Part shown: positions 1-10,289 of the stretch, piece by piece
Layout: each line of letters starts with the position of its first letter
Position numbering within the stretch: the first letter of the stretch is position 1
Source: Candidatus Nezhaarchaeota archaeon
GTDB taxonomy: Archaea; Thermoproteota; Methanomethylicia; Nezhaarchaeales; WYZ-LMO8
Assembly (NCBI GenBank): GCA_025059375.1
Contig: JANXDO010000001.1
Location: forward strand, 44,575 to 108,574
DNA length: 64,000 bases
Direction of reading: 5' to 3'
The notes under the pieces: generated by a model
Database searches by the model: none
What the model saw: only the letters and a program-made list of their open reading frames with translations
What the model was told of the DNA's origin: nothing
Program-made: the position numbers and the translations under genes

Positions 1-1460
1 CCAACAATACTTTTGAAGTGTTCATCCTCCTTTATCCCAGCAATGACCTTTGCGAACGTTTTCTTCATTTCTACGTCTCCTCTACGCCATATCACTATCT
101 TTTGTGCTTGAGGCGACCCTGCACCATGCATGCACTCTGGTAGCTGAGGGCCAAGTGATAAGTTCTCTATAAGCCTAAACATGCGTAATCTGTGTTCAGT
201 AGGCACTTCTGCAACCCCCTTTAAGTACTTCTCTATGAAGGCCTTAGTCTCAGGATTCCTATAGTCCTTCTCTGATGGTGCTGTGGTCACAAGCCCTCCC
301 GCTAAGTCCTGAGCTAATCTGCACCATTCATAGGGGAACCTTGTCACATTAAGCTTCGTAACATTCGCGAGCAGGACATTTGGCATATAAGCTCCCGAGG
401 GAGTACGAAATCCTTCGTAAGAGCAGGCTAGAGAGCAAGCCCAGCATGTTTCGGCCAAGTGAATCATCTCAGTAAGCTTATCAACTATATGAGGTGCATT
501 TGCAACACCATTGTACTCAGCAATGTTAGCTGCGGCTCCTATCAAGACGTCAGCTACTCCGACCTTGCAACCACCATAGTTCTGCCGGTGATACGCTGTA
601 AACACCTCAACAAGCTCACCTGTGAAATCGTACTCACCACACATGAAGACCCTTTCCCAAGGCACAAAGACGTCATTAAAGATTATGAGAGCCTCACCTC
701 CAACTAGACCGTACTTAGCGTTGCCACAGTCTATGTCCCCATCAAGCCTACGCATATCGTTTGTTTGTCTTCCAAATACGTAGATAATTCCTGGTGCGTC
801 AACTGGAACTGCAAACGATACAGCATAGTCTCTCTCCTCTGGTCCCATAGCACGTGTTGGCATCACAATAACTTCATGCGAATTGACAGCTCCAGTTATG
901 TGTGTCTTCGCCCCTCTCACAATTATTCCATCTTCCCTCTTCTCAACTATATGCACATAGAGATCAGGATCTTTCTGTTGTGAGGGTCTTAAACCTCTAT
1001 TGCCCTTAACATCGGTCATTGCTCCTGCACACATTAAATCCTCTCCTTGAACACGCCTCAAGTAATCTAGGAATCGTTGATGGTACTCAGTGCCATACTT
1101 CTTATCTATATCATACGTGACTATGTAGAGGGTGTTTAATGCATCAAAACCAACACACCTCTGAAAACAAGATGCTGTCTTCTGCCCTAGAAGCCGCATC
1201 ATCCTTACTTTCTTAACTAGATCCTCGACACCTTGGTGTATGTGCGTGAACCTATTAATCTTGCTACCAGTTATGTGAGACTTCGCAGTCATGACATCCT
1301 CGTACCTTGGATCATGAGCAAGCTCGTATGTCATAGCAGCGGAATGAATGTGGGGTCTAAACATCGGCTCATCAACAACACAATCAATTCTCTTACCCAT
1401 AAAGTACACAGCCGGTTTGTACCTTCTCAAGCTCTCGATGTACTCCCTCCCCCTCATCAT
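1..1460 (-). CDS. 4-hydroxybutyryl-CoA dehydratase / vinylacetyl-CoA isomerase family protein, paralog 1 (C-terminal end runs off the window start)
   Basis: Manual reverse-strand translation from ATGATG at 1460 gives MMRGREYIESLRRYKPAVYFMGKRID... with no stop down to position 3. It aligns along its whole length with the 6076..7503 protein. It keeps the CFQRC (CX3C) and HRQNYGGC (HX6C) [4Fe-4S] ligand pattern. It is absent from the ORF track because its stop lies outside the window. Confidence 0.8.
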   Translation of the reverse strand, partial: MMRGREYIESLRRYKPAVYFMGKRIDCVVDEPMFRPHIHSAAMTYELAHDPRYEDVMTAKSHITGSKINRFTHIHQGVEDLVKKVRMMRLLGQKTASCFQRCVGFDALNTLYIVTYDIDKKYGTEYHQRFLDYLRRVQGEDLMCAGAMTDVKGNRGLRPSQQKDPDLYVHIVEKREDGIIVRGAKTHITGAVNSHEVIVMPTRAMGPEERDYAVSFAVPVDAPGIIYVFGRQTNDMRRLDGDIDCGNAKYGLVGGEALIIFNDVFVPWERVFMCGEYDFTGELVEVFTAYHRQNYGGCKVGVADVLIGAAANIAEYNGVANAPHIVDKLTEMIHLAETCWACSLACSYEGFRTPSGAYMPNVLLANVTKLNVTRFPYEWCRLAQDLAGGLVTTAPSEKDYRNPETKAFIEKYLKGVAEVPTEHRLRMFRLIENLSLGPQLPECMHGAGSPQAQKIVIWRRGDVEMKKTFAKVIAGIKEDEHFKSIV

Positions 1461-1990
1461 CCTACTTCACCTCAATTCCTCTTTCACTTTAAGTCATGGT
1501 TCGTATAAAAACTTACTTTAGTAATTAAACCTATTGAGGAAGTGAACATCTCAACGTTAACGCTTATGAAGCTTCACGACTTTACTGCTGAAACCTATTT
1601 TAACAATACCACAATGGTCATAGTGGCTACACCTTTATCGAGGTGCCTTTGACGATGACACCCCAACCCTGTACTTCCAAGGTAATCAGTGGGCCGCATG
1701 ATTATGTGGTTAATGGAACCTTAGACCAGCATCCTAAGACTTATGTAAAGTAATGGGTGAGGCTTAATGGATGAGGGCTCACAATCAACCTTAAACAGTA
1801 AAAGCAGGGCTTCTTGTGCATTATCACCTAATCATCTACGATATAAGTCCTCACCCATTAAGGTAAAGTGCACGCTATTGAAGCGTGAACCCTTGGAGGT
1901 GCTTAGGACATTTCACTTAGCCTCAAGCTAGGCTTCACAGGGATCAGGTCGTCAAGGAGGATTTGAACTAAAATTGGTTATTTAGACGAC

Positions 1991-3103
1991 CTATAAGGTC
2001 ACTTCAGTTAAGTCCTCAGGTCTAATGAATTTAGACTCATCAATCTTTAACGCCTCATCTACCAATCTCAACACTTCCTCCTTTTCGTCAGGCATTTTGT
2101 AGCCTTCATGGCTTAAGCTAAAAACATGGACGATCCCCCTCTCAGTCCTATAAGAAGGGTTACAGAAATGGTCAAAGCATAACTTGCTATCAACATTTAA
2201 GTTCTCAACAAATAGCTTTATCTCCTTTAAGTAACCATGAGGGCTAAGAAGCTTGAATTTACCTTCCACATAATCGTCATAGAGCGGAGTACCTACACGT
2301 GGAACTAAGCTTCTAACTCTGATGTAGTGTGGATTTATCTCATTTAATACTTTGGCTGTATTTATTGCATGCTCTCTCCACCTATCAGCTCCACCAAGTC
2401 CAGGCATGACATATTCAGAGACTTCGAAACCAGCATCTTTAGCCTTGAGACCAGCTTCTATGTGCTCTTGAGAGGTAACACCTTTATTCACACTACTAAG
2501 CACCTCATCATCTCCGCTTTCTAAGCCTACATGAAGCCTTACTAACCCCGCTCTACGTATTTCCTTAAGCTCCTCCATAGTTTTACGATAAAGCGTCTTT
2601 GACCTGGCATAGGATGTTACCCTCTCTATTGTGGGGAACTTAGACTTGAGGTATTTGAGGCCCTCGACAAACTGATCGGTCCTCATTATAAGGCTATCAG
2701 CATCTTGAATGAAGACCGTCTTACAACCACTTAGAGCCCAACTTATTATCTGAATGAGCCATGGATTCAATGCTAACGATGGATCTAAATTGAAAAGATG
2801 TGAGATGAACCTCTCATTAACCTCACCTTTATGGCCAACCTCACGCGAAATAGAGCGCAACTCCATTAGTGCAAGTTCTACTGCGTCCACGTCAGCCATA
2901 ATCTCATTTAGAAACCTAATTTGAAAGGGTTGACGACTATAAGGTAAGCCATAGCAGAAAGAGCATTTAGCCCAGGGACAGCTTCTGGTAAAGCGAAGTA
3001 GTAGTGAGCGAGCTCCTCCCTCGCTTGGAGGTCTAATTGGACCTACCTCAAACATAACGCCTCTTAAGACCTTAATGGAAGCTTGAATTGAACCAACCAT
3101 CAA
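1991..3103 (-). CDS. radical SAM domain protein
   Basis: 370-aa ORF. N-terminal GPIRPPSEGG...RSCPWAKCSFC cysteine triad with CX4CX2C spacing, followed by a TIM-barrel-like radical SAM core (GLESGDDEVL). Confidence 0.75.
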   Translation of the reverse strand: MMVGSIQASIKVLRGVMFEVGPIRPPSEGGARSLLLRFTRSCPWAKCSFCYGLPYSRQPFQIRFLNEIMADVDAVELALMELRSISREVGHKGEVNERFISHLFNLDPSLALNPWLIQIISWALSGCKTVFIQDADSLIMRTDQFVEGLKYLKSKFPTIERVTSYARSKTLYRKTMEELKEIRRAGLVRLHVGLESGDDEVLSSVNKGVTSQEHIEAGLKAKDAGFEVSEYVMPGLGGADRWREHAINTAKVLNEINPHYIRVRSLVPRVGTPLYDDYVEGKFKLLSPHGYLKEIKLFVENLNVDSKLCFDHFCNPSYRTERGIVHVFSLSHEGYKMPDEKEEVLRLVDEALKIDESKFIRPEDLTEVTL

Positions 3104-3195
3104 GGATTATGTCTATTATCCCCCTTTTAAGCCTTCTTGGAGTTTCGCAACCCTTACATAAAGATATAAGCACTACAACTTAGACTCCAATAGCG

Positions 3196-3696
3196 GTGGC
3201 GATCATGGCCAGCGTTAAGACCACTGTTAAGTCAGCAGTTACGGCTGGTCTTTATGCTGCCTTAGTGACAGCGCTATCTCCAATAAGCTTTGCTGTGTTT
3301 CAAGTTAGGGTAGCAGATGCACTTCTATTACTGCCATTCCTAGACTTCTTCGGTCTTCCAGCAGTTATAGGACTCACAATTGGCTGCGCCCTAGCTAACC
3401 TTATATCACCGTTTGGAGTATACGATGTGGTCCTTGGAAGTACTGCAAACCTCATCGCTGGACTCATAGCTTGGGTGCTTGGCAGGAGAAGTAAAAGCAT
3501 GGTAGCTCTAATTTCAGCTGCAATACTTCAATCACTTGTAATAGCCACAATCATAGGCTACGTGCTACTTCACCTGCTTTACGGGGTTGAGTTGATACTT
3601 GCCTTTATTGGGGTACTAGTGGGTAGCATCATAAGCATCTGCCTACTCGGAACAGCACTCGTAACTTTCATCATGAGGGGGATGAAAATACATTGA
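3196..3696 (+). CDS. queT: ECF transporter S component, QueT-like (queuosine/archaeosine precursor)
   Basis: 166-aa polytopic membrane protein. PISFAVFQVRVADALLLLPF and DVVLGSTANLIAG resemble QueT-family signatures. Its stop overlaps the start of the ECF ATPase gene. Confidence 0.7.
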   Translation: MAIMASVKTTVKSAVTAGLYAALVTALSPISFAVFQVRVADALLLLPFLDFFGLPAVIGLTIGCALANLISPFGVYDVVLGSTANLIAGLIAWVLGRRSKSMVALISAAILQSLVIATIIGYVLLHLLYGVELILAFIGVLVGSIISICLLGTALVTFIMRGMKIH

Positions 3697-4403
3697 TCGC
3701 AGTAGAGAATCTTACCGTGGCTTATGGAGACGTCATAGTGCTCAAGGATGTAAGTTTCACACTTAACTCGGGAGTACACGTGCTGTTAGGTAGGAATGGG
3801 TCTGGAAAGTCGACCCTATTAAAGACAATCGCAGGACTCGTAAGGCCCTCTAAAGGCAATGTTTTTGCATTAAGTAGAGAGGTACACAAGCTACCTAGAC
3901 GAGAAGCTGTTAAACTAATCGGCTATGTATGGCAAAACCCCTATGCTGGGTTTGTCGAAGCAACAGTTAAAGAAGAGCTTGAGCTTTCGAGCAAGCTTGT
4001 AGGGGCCAAGTTAAACTATGAGATAATCGACATACTGGTGTCGAAGCGACTACTAGACAGGAATCCATTAAATCTTAGTGGTGGAGAAGCAAAGCGTGTA
4101 GCATTAGCAATGGTCCTCGCCCTCGATCAGCCCATATGGCTTCTCGATGAGCCTTTCGAATATCTTGACATCAGCGGTATAGAAGCCGTCGTAAAGGTCA
4201 TCAACTATGGACTTAGTAAAGGCAAGCTAGTGTTAATAGCTTCAGCTCACACATCTTACCTTCACATGTTGAAGTTAGACCAATCACTCATCCTATCTGA
4301 TGGAAGGATCGTGTTTAAAGGTCCTGCGAACATAGTCGATGAAGACATGCTTAAAAGATTTGAAGTGCCATCACGGGCGATGATCTGTGGCCCAAGTAAT
4401 TGA
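3693..4403 (+). CDS. ecfA: ECF/ABC transporter ATP-binding protein
   Basis: Walker A GRNGSGKST, ABC signature LSGGEAKRV, Walker B LLDEPF. Confidence 0.9.
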   Translation: MIAVENLTVAYGDVIVLKDVSFTLNSGVHVLLGRNGSGKSTLLKTIAGLVRPSKGNVFALSREVHKLPRREAVKLIGYVWQNPYAGFVEATVKEELELSSKLVGAKLNYEIIDILVSKRLLDRNPLNLSGGEAKRVALAMVLALDQPIWLLDEPFEYLDISGIEAVVKVINYGLSKGKLVLIASAHTSYLHMLKLDQSLILSDGRIVFKGPANIVDEDMLKRFEVPSRAMICGPSN

Positions 4404-4965
4404 AGAGGTCCTAAATCTACACTACAAGCCCACCTTCCTCCACAGTTACAACGTCATATACTTAAAAGTAACCTTAATAATCTTAGCATTGCTATCGAGG
4501 ATCATAAGCCCATACTTCATGTTTACAGTCCTAATCATAAATAGTTCCTTATTAATCTATGCAGGTGCTAAGAGGGTCCTCTTAACGGTCTCGGCTTTAT
4601 GGTCTCTTTTAACCTCGATCATTGTAGTCATAGATCTTGCCTTCTCGACACTGACGATGATGGTGGTATACAACCTCATCCACGGTTTTACAACATTTAC
4701 GGCATTAACCCTTTTCTACGTCACCACCCCACCAAAACACATAAGAAAGCTACTAGGCTTCAACATGATCTCAACGGCTTACATGCTATTTGGATACTCA
4801 CTTAAATTAATCAGGGACCTAATCGATGTTATGAGAGCTAGGGGATGGGAGTACACCTTGAGCCCTCAAAGGCATCAATACATCCTTAGGGCCTTCACCG
4901 TACTGCTCGTTACAAGAATATCTGAGTCTATAGAAGCACTTAAAGCTAGAGGGTTTGAGGAATGA
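4387..4965 (+). CDS. ecfT: ECF transporter transmembrane (T) component, CbiQ/EcfT family
   Basis: Hydrophobic 192-aa protein with two Ala-Arg-Gly coupling motifs (MRARGWE, LKARGFE). Overlaps the ATPase gene. Confidence 0.8.
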   Translation: MAQVIEEVLNLHYKPTFLHSYNVIYLKVTLIILALLSRIISPYFMFTVLIINSSLLIYAGAKRVLLTVSALWSLLTSIIVVIDLAFSTLTMMVVYNLIHGFTTFTALTLFYVTTPPKHIRKLLGFNMISTAYMLFGYSLKLIRDLIDVMRARGWEYTLSPQRHQYILRAFTVLLVTRISESIEALKARGFEE

Positions 4966-5140
4966 TCATCCGAGACTCCTTTAAGAAGTGACTAATGAGA
5001 ATTAATGAGAGTCTACGTCTAAACGACTGTTTGATGGCACTAGGTATAATGAAGCCAAAGTAGGGATGTAGGTAGAAGATGAGGAGGAGAATTTTAAAAT
5101 TTTTAAACAACGATGAAAGGGTTGAATTGAGGTAATCAAT

Positions 5141-5929
5141 GTGTACAACATAAGACCTTTAAAGCAAGCTGAGATTGATGCCCCAATTGGAGTAGCTATA
5201 ATGATGGGGGATATGCGAACGCTAGTCACGGGGACAATATACATATGGGTCATAGAGGGGGAGGGGGAGAGGATAGTGGTTGATGCTGGTGTTGAGGAGC
5301 CTCGAGGTGGGTTTGTTCACGGCTTCCCTGTAAGAGGAGGCGGAGAGAAGAGGTTAAGAGAAGCCTTGGAAGGTGCAAGCATTAGGCCTGAAGACGTTGA
5401 TAAGCTTATCTTGACCCACTTGCACTACGATCATGTAGCATACGCTACCTTATTTCACAATGCAAGAATTTATGTACAAAAGAGGGAATGGCAGTCAGCT
5501 CTAAATCCTCCACCTCACTATCGGCAAATTTACGATGAAAAGCTGATACTCCCACTCGAGGACATGGATCTCTGTCTTTTGGACCATGATGAAGAGATAG
5601 CAGACGGCATAAGGGTTGTACTCCTACCAGGTCATACTAAGGGTTTACAAGGTGTGCTAGTTAAAACGAGGAAAGGTAATTACCTAATCGCTGGAGACCA
5701 CTTTTACAGTTACATCAACATCTCACCACCAAAAGAGCCTATTGAGCTTATTGATGCTACGGGAAATAAAATCAAGATACCAGCAATAAACTTACCATTT
5801 GCACCACCTGGACTTCACATCGACTTAACTGAGTGGTATGAGAGCTGCTTTAAAGCTCTAAATTTAACGAGGAGACAGAACATAATACCGAGTCACGATC
5901 CGCTTATTGAAGGTAGAGTCTTCCCATGA
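5141..5929 (+). CDS. metallo-beta-lactamase fold hydrolase (lactonase-like)
   Basis: HxHxDH motif (LTHLHYDHVAY) and a downstream GHTKG histidine. Confidence 0.8.
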   Translation: MYNIRPLKQAEIDAPIGVAIMMGDMRTLVTGTIYIWVIEGEGERIVVDAGVEEPRGGFVHGFPVRGGGEKRLREALEGASIRPEDVDKLILTHLHYDHVAYATLFHNARIYVQKREWQSALNPPPHYRQIYDEKLILPLEDMDLCLLDHDEEIADGIRVVLLPGHTKGLQGVLVKTRKGNYLIAGDHFYSYINISPPKEPIELIDATGNKIKIPAINLPFAPPGLHIDLTEWYESCFKALNLTRRQNIIPSHDPLIEGRVFP

Positions 5930-6075
5930 CTTGGTAACCATTAGAACTTCAACCACGGCTACCCATAAACCCCCTTTTCTTTAAGGTTACGACCTTCGGT
6001 TAATAAAGCCTAATCTCAATTTCTTAGCACTTGAAGTCTCCCTAAGGGAAAAAGAGGGTTAGGATTAAAGTGAAC

Positions 6076-7503
6076 TTAATCTTTTATGCCAACAAGGTAC
6101 TTTGCGACCCTCTTTTTCTCTTCAAAATCATAAGTCCGCCATATCGTGATTTCTTCCATCACCGGAGAACCACCACCATGTACCCCTGCAACAGCCATGA
6201 CCCCACCAAGCGAGCTACAGAGGATGTTCGATATACCGTAAAGGCAACGATAGACATTCTCCGGTGGTACGTCACTTCTCCTCTTAATGTACTTGTCTAT
6301 TAAGGGTCTTAATTCAGGATTCATGTAGTCTTCATCGAATGGTAGGCACGCTGCCAAGCCACCAGCTAATTCTGCAAGAATATGCATTTCATGATAGTAA
6401 TTTATTCCGGCATGCCTCCTCCCAATGTTTGCATAAACCTCATTTGGAATATAAGTCCCCGCAGGTGTTTTCATTCCATGAATAGCTGAAGCTATACCAG
6501 CTGCAAAAACTAGCTCTGCTACACACGCCAGCTCCACCAGCCTTTCTCTTATATTGGGCCTATCATAAACGTTGTTATACTCAGCAATAAGTGCACCGAA
6601 ACCCATGACTATATCTGTAAATGCTGGCTTGCAGCCAGTATAGCTATGCCTATGGAATAGAGCAAAAAGGTATGCTGCAAGAGTTGCATACTTGTTCTCT
6701 CCACACACGAAGACACGGTCCCATGGAACGAAGACATCATCAAATATTATCATGTTCTCGTCGTCGCCCACTTCGCCAAAAGGCATATCTAAACCCTTTG
6801 GAGATCTCAAGCGGCTAGTTCTAGCTATTATCTTCACACCCTCCGTATCAGCTGGTATTGCGAAGGCAATACTGTAATCCACGTCCTTTTCTGTCATGGC
6901 TCTCGTCGGTACAACTATGATTTCATCAGCAATGCTTGCCATGGTTATACAGTTCTTAGCTCCACGAACGATAACTCCATCACTCCTCCTCTCTACCACC
7001 CGGACGTACATGTCTGGATCGGGCTGCTCATGAGGTCTCTTGCTTCGATCACCCTTAACATCGGTCTGTGCGCATGCAGCAACAAGATCACGATCTTGAA
7101 ACTCTTTAAGGTACTCGATGAACCTCTTGTGATAGTCTGTTCCATGCTCAGCATCAATAGCGTAAGTCACGACTGAGAGAGCATTAATGGCATCGCAACC
7201 CATACAGCGTTGAATACAACCTCCAGTAATTCTACAAAGCCTCCTAGTCAATAGTTGCTTAGCTAAGAGGTCATCAGCTGACTGGTTAATATGAGTGAAG
7301 CGATTTATTCTCTTACCAGTTAAGTGTGAAGTTGTCACAAGCAGGTCCTTAAACTCTGGATGGTCGATTAAGTCAAAAGTTTTTGAGATAATATTTATTC
7401 CACCACTTAGCATTTGGTCATCTCTCTTGACCTTCTTGCCAGCGACATAGACATTCGCCCTCATCTTAAAAAGATCCTGCTTGTACTCTTCTGAAGTTCT
7501 CAT
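6076..7503 (-). CDS. abfD: 4-hydroxybutyryl-CoA dehydratase / vinylacetyl-CoA delta-isomerase family protein, paralog 2
   Basis: 475 aa, HpaB/4-BUDH fold. CIQRC (CX3C) plus HRHSYTGC (HX6C) match the [4Fe-4S] ligands of 4-hydroxybutyryl-CoA dehydratase. Confidence 0.85.
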   Translation of the reverse strand: MRTSEEYKQDLFKMRANVYVAGKKVKRDDQMLSGGINIISKTFDLIDHPEFKDLLVTTSHLTGKRINRFTHINQSADDLLAKQLLTRRLCRITGGCIQRCMGCDAINALSVVTYAIDAEHGTDYHKRFIEYLKEFQDRDLVAACAQTDVKGDRSKRPHEQPDPDMYVRVVERRSDGVIVRGAKNCITMASIADEIIVVPTRAMTEKDVDYSIAFAIPADTEGVKIIARTSRLRSPKGLDMPFGEVGDDENMIIFDDVFVPWDRVFVCGENKYATLAAYLFALFHRHSYTGCKPAFTDIVMGFGALIAEYNNVYDRPNIRERLVELACVAELVFAAGIASAIHGMKTPAGTYIPNEVYANIGRRHAGINYYHEMHILAELAGGLAACLPFDEDYMNPELRPLIDKYIKRRSDVPPENVYRCLYGISNILCSSLGGVMAVAGVHGGGSPVMEEITIWRTYDFEEKKRVAKYLVGIKD

Positions 7504-7682
7504 CTAGTTCACACCCCCTCCCACCACATTATTTTCTTTAGAAAGAAGTCAACAAGTAAGTCATCATTCCCACCTCCTATAAATCTACCTCCAGGTGATT
7601 AAGAATAGCTAATGGCTATGCATGAGAAAGGGACGCAACGAGTATAGCATATACTCATTTTTGAGTAGCAACTCTTTTTTCT

Positions 7683-8381
7683 TTGAACTCCTTCCAAAGG
7701 TTGGTGCTTGTGGTGGAGAGAGTGGAGGAAGCCATCAAGGACCTCAAAGCTGGAAGATGTGTCTTGATTTACGACTCTCCCTACAGGGAAAGCGAGGTTG
7801 ACATGGTATTTTATGCTGGTTTCGTAGATCATCATAGAATCTACGAGCTTAGAACTGAAGCTGGAGGACTTATTTGCTTTGGAACTAGCGAAGGTATAGC
7901 GAAGGCTCTAGACCTTCCTTTAATAGCTAACCTATTAAGTCAAACGGCACAGTTAAAAATTCTGAATAAAAGACCGAGCTATGGTGATCCATCACCATTC
8001 GCTCTCTGGGTCAATAGTATAGATGTTCGTACTGGGATATCAGACGTAGATAGAGCTAAAACCATCTCGGAGCTACATAGAGTGATCTCCCTCGTAGATG
8101 AGGGGAGGATTGAAGAGGGTAGACGAACCTTCTACGAGAGGTTCTACGCACCGGGGCATGTACCAATTCTAATCGCTAGAAACCCTAAGAGCAGAAAAGG
8201 GCACACTGAGCTTGCGGTCTTACTAGCAGAGCTTGCGGAGCTTAAACCAAGCGTTGTATTTGCGGAGATGTTAAGCTACGGTCCCTCAATGAGTCTCGAT
8301 GAAGCAAAGAGGTATGCTGAGAAAAGAGGTCTAACTTTGCTTTCAGGACAAGAAATATTAAGTGCAGCAGGGGTTTGCTAA
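7683..8381 (+). CDS. ribB: 3,4-dihydroxy-2-butanone 4-phosphate synthase
   Basis: VEEAIKDLKAGRCVLIYDSPYRESEVDMVFYA and GHTELAV are typical RibB blocks. The start codon is uncertain (TTG 7683 or a downstream GTG). Confidence 0.85.
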   Translation: MNSFQRLVLVVERVEEAIKDLKAGRCVLIYDSPYRESEVDMVFYAGFVDHHRIYELRTEAGGLICFGTSEGIAKALDLPLIANLLSQTAQLKILNKRPSYGDPSPFALWVNSIDVRTGISDVDRAKTISELHRVISLVDEGRIEEGRRTFYERFYAPGHVPILIARNPKSRKGHTELAVLLAELAELKPSVVFAEMLSYGPSMSLDEAKRYAEKRGLTLLSGQEILSAAGVC

Positions 8382-8382
8382 G

Positions 8383-8853
8383 ATGCCTCACGTTATAGGA
8401 GTTGTTGATACGACTTTTGCTAGGGTAGATATGGCTAAGCAAGCGATAGACGTTATACTAAGCAACATCCCGAGCGCCGAGATAGTAAGGTACACGGTTC
8501 CTGGCATTAAGGATATACCAGTAGCAGTTAAGAAAGTCCTTGAGAAAGCTGAAATAGCCATAACGTTTGGATGGGTGGGTCCAAAGCCTGTTGACAAGTA
8601 CAGTTACTTAGCAGCATCTATAGGTCTAATACTCACTCAATTAATGACAGGGAAGCACGTAATTGACGTCACAGTGCACGAGGATGAAGCTGAGAGTGAA
8701 GAGGAGCTTTATAGGATAGCTGTCGATAGAGCAAGAAAGCATGCACTCAATCTCGTAACCTTACTCATAAAGGGAGGAGAAGGATTGACACGCCATGCTG
8801 GGCAAGGATTGAGACAAGGAATGCCCGATGTTGGACCAATAATTGAGGGGTGA
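8383..8853 (+). CDS. ribC: riboflavin synthase, archaeal type
   Basis: ATG lies 1 nt after the ribB stop. [18 protein letters not shown]-terminus and a length of about 156 aa are typical of the archaeal lumazine-synthase-like riboflavin synthase. Confidence 0.8.
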   Translation: MPHVIGVVDTTFARVDMAKQAIDVILSNIPSAEIVRYTVPGIKDIPVAVKKVLEKAEIAITFGWVGPKPVDKYSYLAASIGLILTQLMTGKHVIDVTVHEDEAESEEELYRIAVDRARKHALNLVTLLIKGGEGLTRHAGQGLRQGMPDVGPIIEG

Positions 8854-9311
8854 GGATCGTGGAGAAGATAAGGCTCGCCATAGTTGTCTCCGAGTTTAAC
8901 TTTGACGTAACTTATCTAATGCTTCAAAAGGCACTTGACCATGCAAAAGTAGTGAACGCTGACGTGAAGGTCGTGGTGAGGGTTCCAGGGACATTTGAAC
9001 TCCCAATTGCCGTAGCCGCACTAATAAGCAGAGACGATGTCGATGCGGTGGTAACACTAGGAGCTGTAATTAAAGGGGAGACGGAGCATGATGAGGTCGT
9101 AGCCCATCAAACTGCCCGTAAGCTTCTAGATCTAAGTCTACAATATGAGAAGCCAGTCTCGCTAGGCATTATAGGTCCTGGTGCAACTAGGGCTCAAGCC
9201 CAAGCAAGAATAGAGGAGTACGCTAGGAGAGCTGTTGAAGCTGCAGTCAAGACAGTCCTTGCACTAAGGGAAGTAAAAGGAAGTATGCGAGAAGGGGTTA
9301 ATAAGGCATGA
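8850..9311 (+). CDS. ribH: 6,7-dimethyl-8-ribityllumazine synthase
   Basis: [19 protein letters not shown] and [12 protein letters not shown] blocks. 4-nt overlap with ribC. Confidence 0.9.
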   Translation: MRIVEKIRLAIVVSEFNFDVTYLMLQKALDHAKVVNADVKVVVRVPGTFELPIAVAALISRDDVDAVVTLGAVIKGETEHDEVVAHQTARKLLDLSLQYEKPVSLGIIGPGATRAQAQARIEEYARRAVEAAVKTVLALREVKGSMREGVNKA

Positions 9312-10006
9312 TAAGGATCGGCTATATTCGTCTCAAAGACTACGAGAACTGGATAAAGTCAATAGGTTATGATAGAGAGTGGCTTATTCAAGCTACTCAA
9401 GCAGAGACGTATAAGAGCTTAGTAGTTGAAAGTGCTAAAATTGGAGCGTTTAGTTTTCCCCTAACCTACGATGCCTACTTAACAGTGATAAACTCTGTTG
9501 AAATTGAAGGTTTTAGAAATGTGGTGCAAAGGCTGTCTCGTAAAGTGCCAACTGAGGTAGTAGCTTACATAGGATTGGGGGAAACCTACACTGAGGCCTT
9601 GAGGAGGCTAAGAAGCCTAAAAAAGCGTAACCTTGATTTCAGCTGTAATTGCTATTTCGAGGAAACAGTAGTTGCTCACTTAGACCTTGATGGTTACAAC
9701 GAACTCGAAGCGATGAGGGGACCTAATTACATTGATGGGCTTATGGCTAGGATGATCGGCAGAGCAAAGAGGATTTCAGCAAAGTGTGGAGGCTTAGCGT
9801 ACTATGCAGGAGGAGATAACATCATATGCTTCCTGCCGCATAAGCGTGCAGAAGACTTCTTAAACTCCATAAAGATTGATGGCGTTAAAATAGGTATAGG
9901 GATAGCTCCAAGACCGAGAGATGCATTGATGCTCGCAGCCAACGCCCTCGATGACGTCAGGCTTGGAAGATCAAGCGACAAGGTGGCAGTAAAGAGGCAA
10001 TATTGA
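9308..10006 (+). CDS. arfA: GTP cyclohydrolase III (archaeal, formamidopyrimidine-forming)
   Basis: N-terminus [15 protein letters not shown] and a [10 protein letters not shown] block resemble the MJ0145 family. It sits in the riboflavin operon with an ATGA overlap to ribH. Confidence 0.7.
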   Translation: MIRIGYIRLKDYENWIKSIGYDREWLIQATQAETYKSLVVESAKIGAFSFPLTYDAYLTVINSVEIEGFRNVVQRLSRKVPTEVVAYIGLGETYTEALRRLRSLKKRNLDFSCNCYFEETVVAHLDLDGYNELEAMRGPNYIDGLMARMIGRAKRISAKCGGLAYYAGGDNIICFLPHKRAEDFLNSIKIDGVKIGIGIAPRPRDALMLAANALDDVRLGRSSDKVAVKRQY

Positions 10007-10289
10007 TGCAACATTAATGTTCTCCTCCATGATTAAGGATCCCTGCCTTTAATCCAAACCCTTCTACTTGAGACCTTCAAGAACCTCGATCCAAATCTAA
10101 GAATGCTTAGTGTGCACTAAACTAATCACATAAACCTGATTTGTTGATCTCGTGTGAGCCACCATCAATTACACCTCAAGGTGGCGGCTTCTCTACACTA
10201 ATCCCTCATAACATCTTCCATAGTTGATCCCAACTTCTTTTATATTTCCTCAACATTTAAGTAACATTTGTATCCTGAGGGTGTTAACC

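Noticed and set aside
459-1508. Three plus-strand track ORFs (459..707, 765..983, 1233..1508).
   Set aside because: They lie antisense to a continuous, homology-supported minus-strand dehydratase reading frame. Their sequences are low-complexity (Ser/Leu/His/Cys-rich) with no motifs.
7640-7681. Two short hairpin plus T-tract elements just upstream of ribB, considered as an FMN riboswitch or attenuator.
   Set aside because: They are far too short for an FMN aptamer and lack its conserved core. The AT-rich palindrome (GAGTATA-GCA-TATACTC) lies at TATA-box distance from the ribB start, so it is more simply read as promoter sequence.
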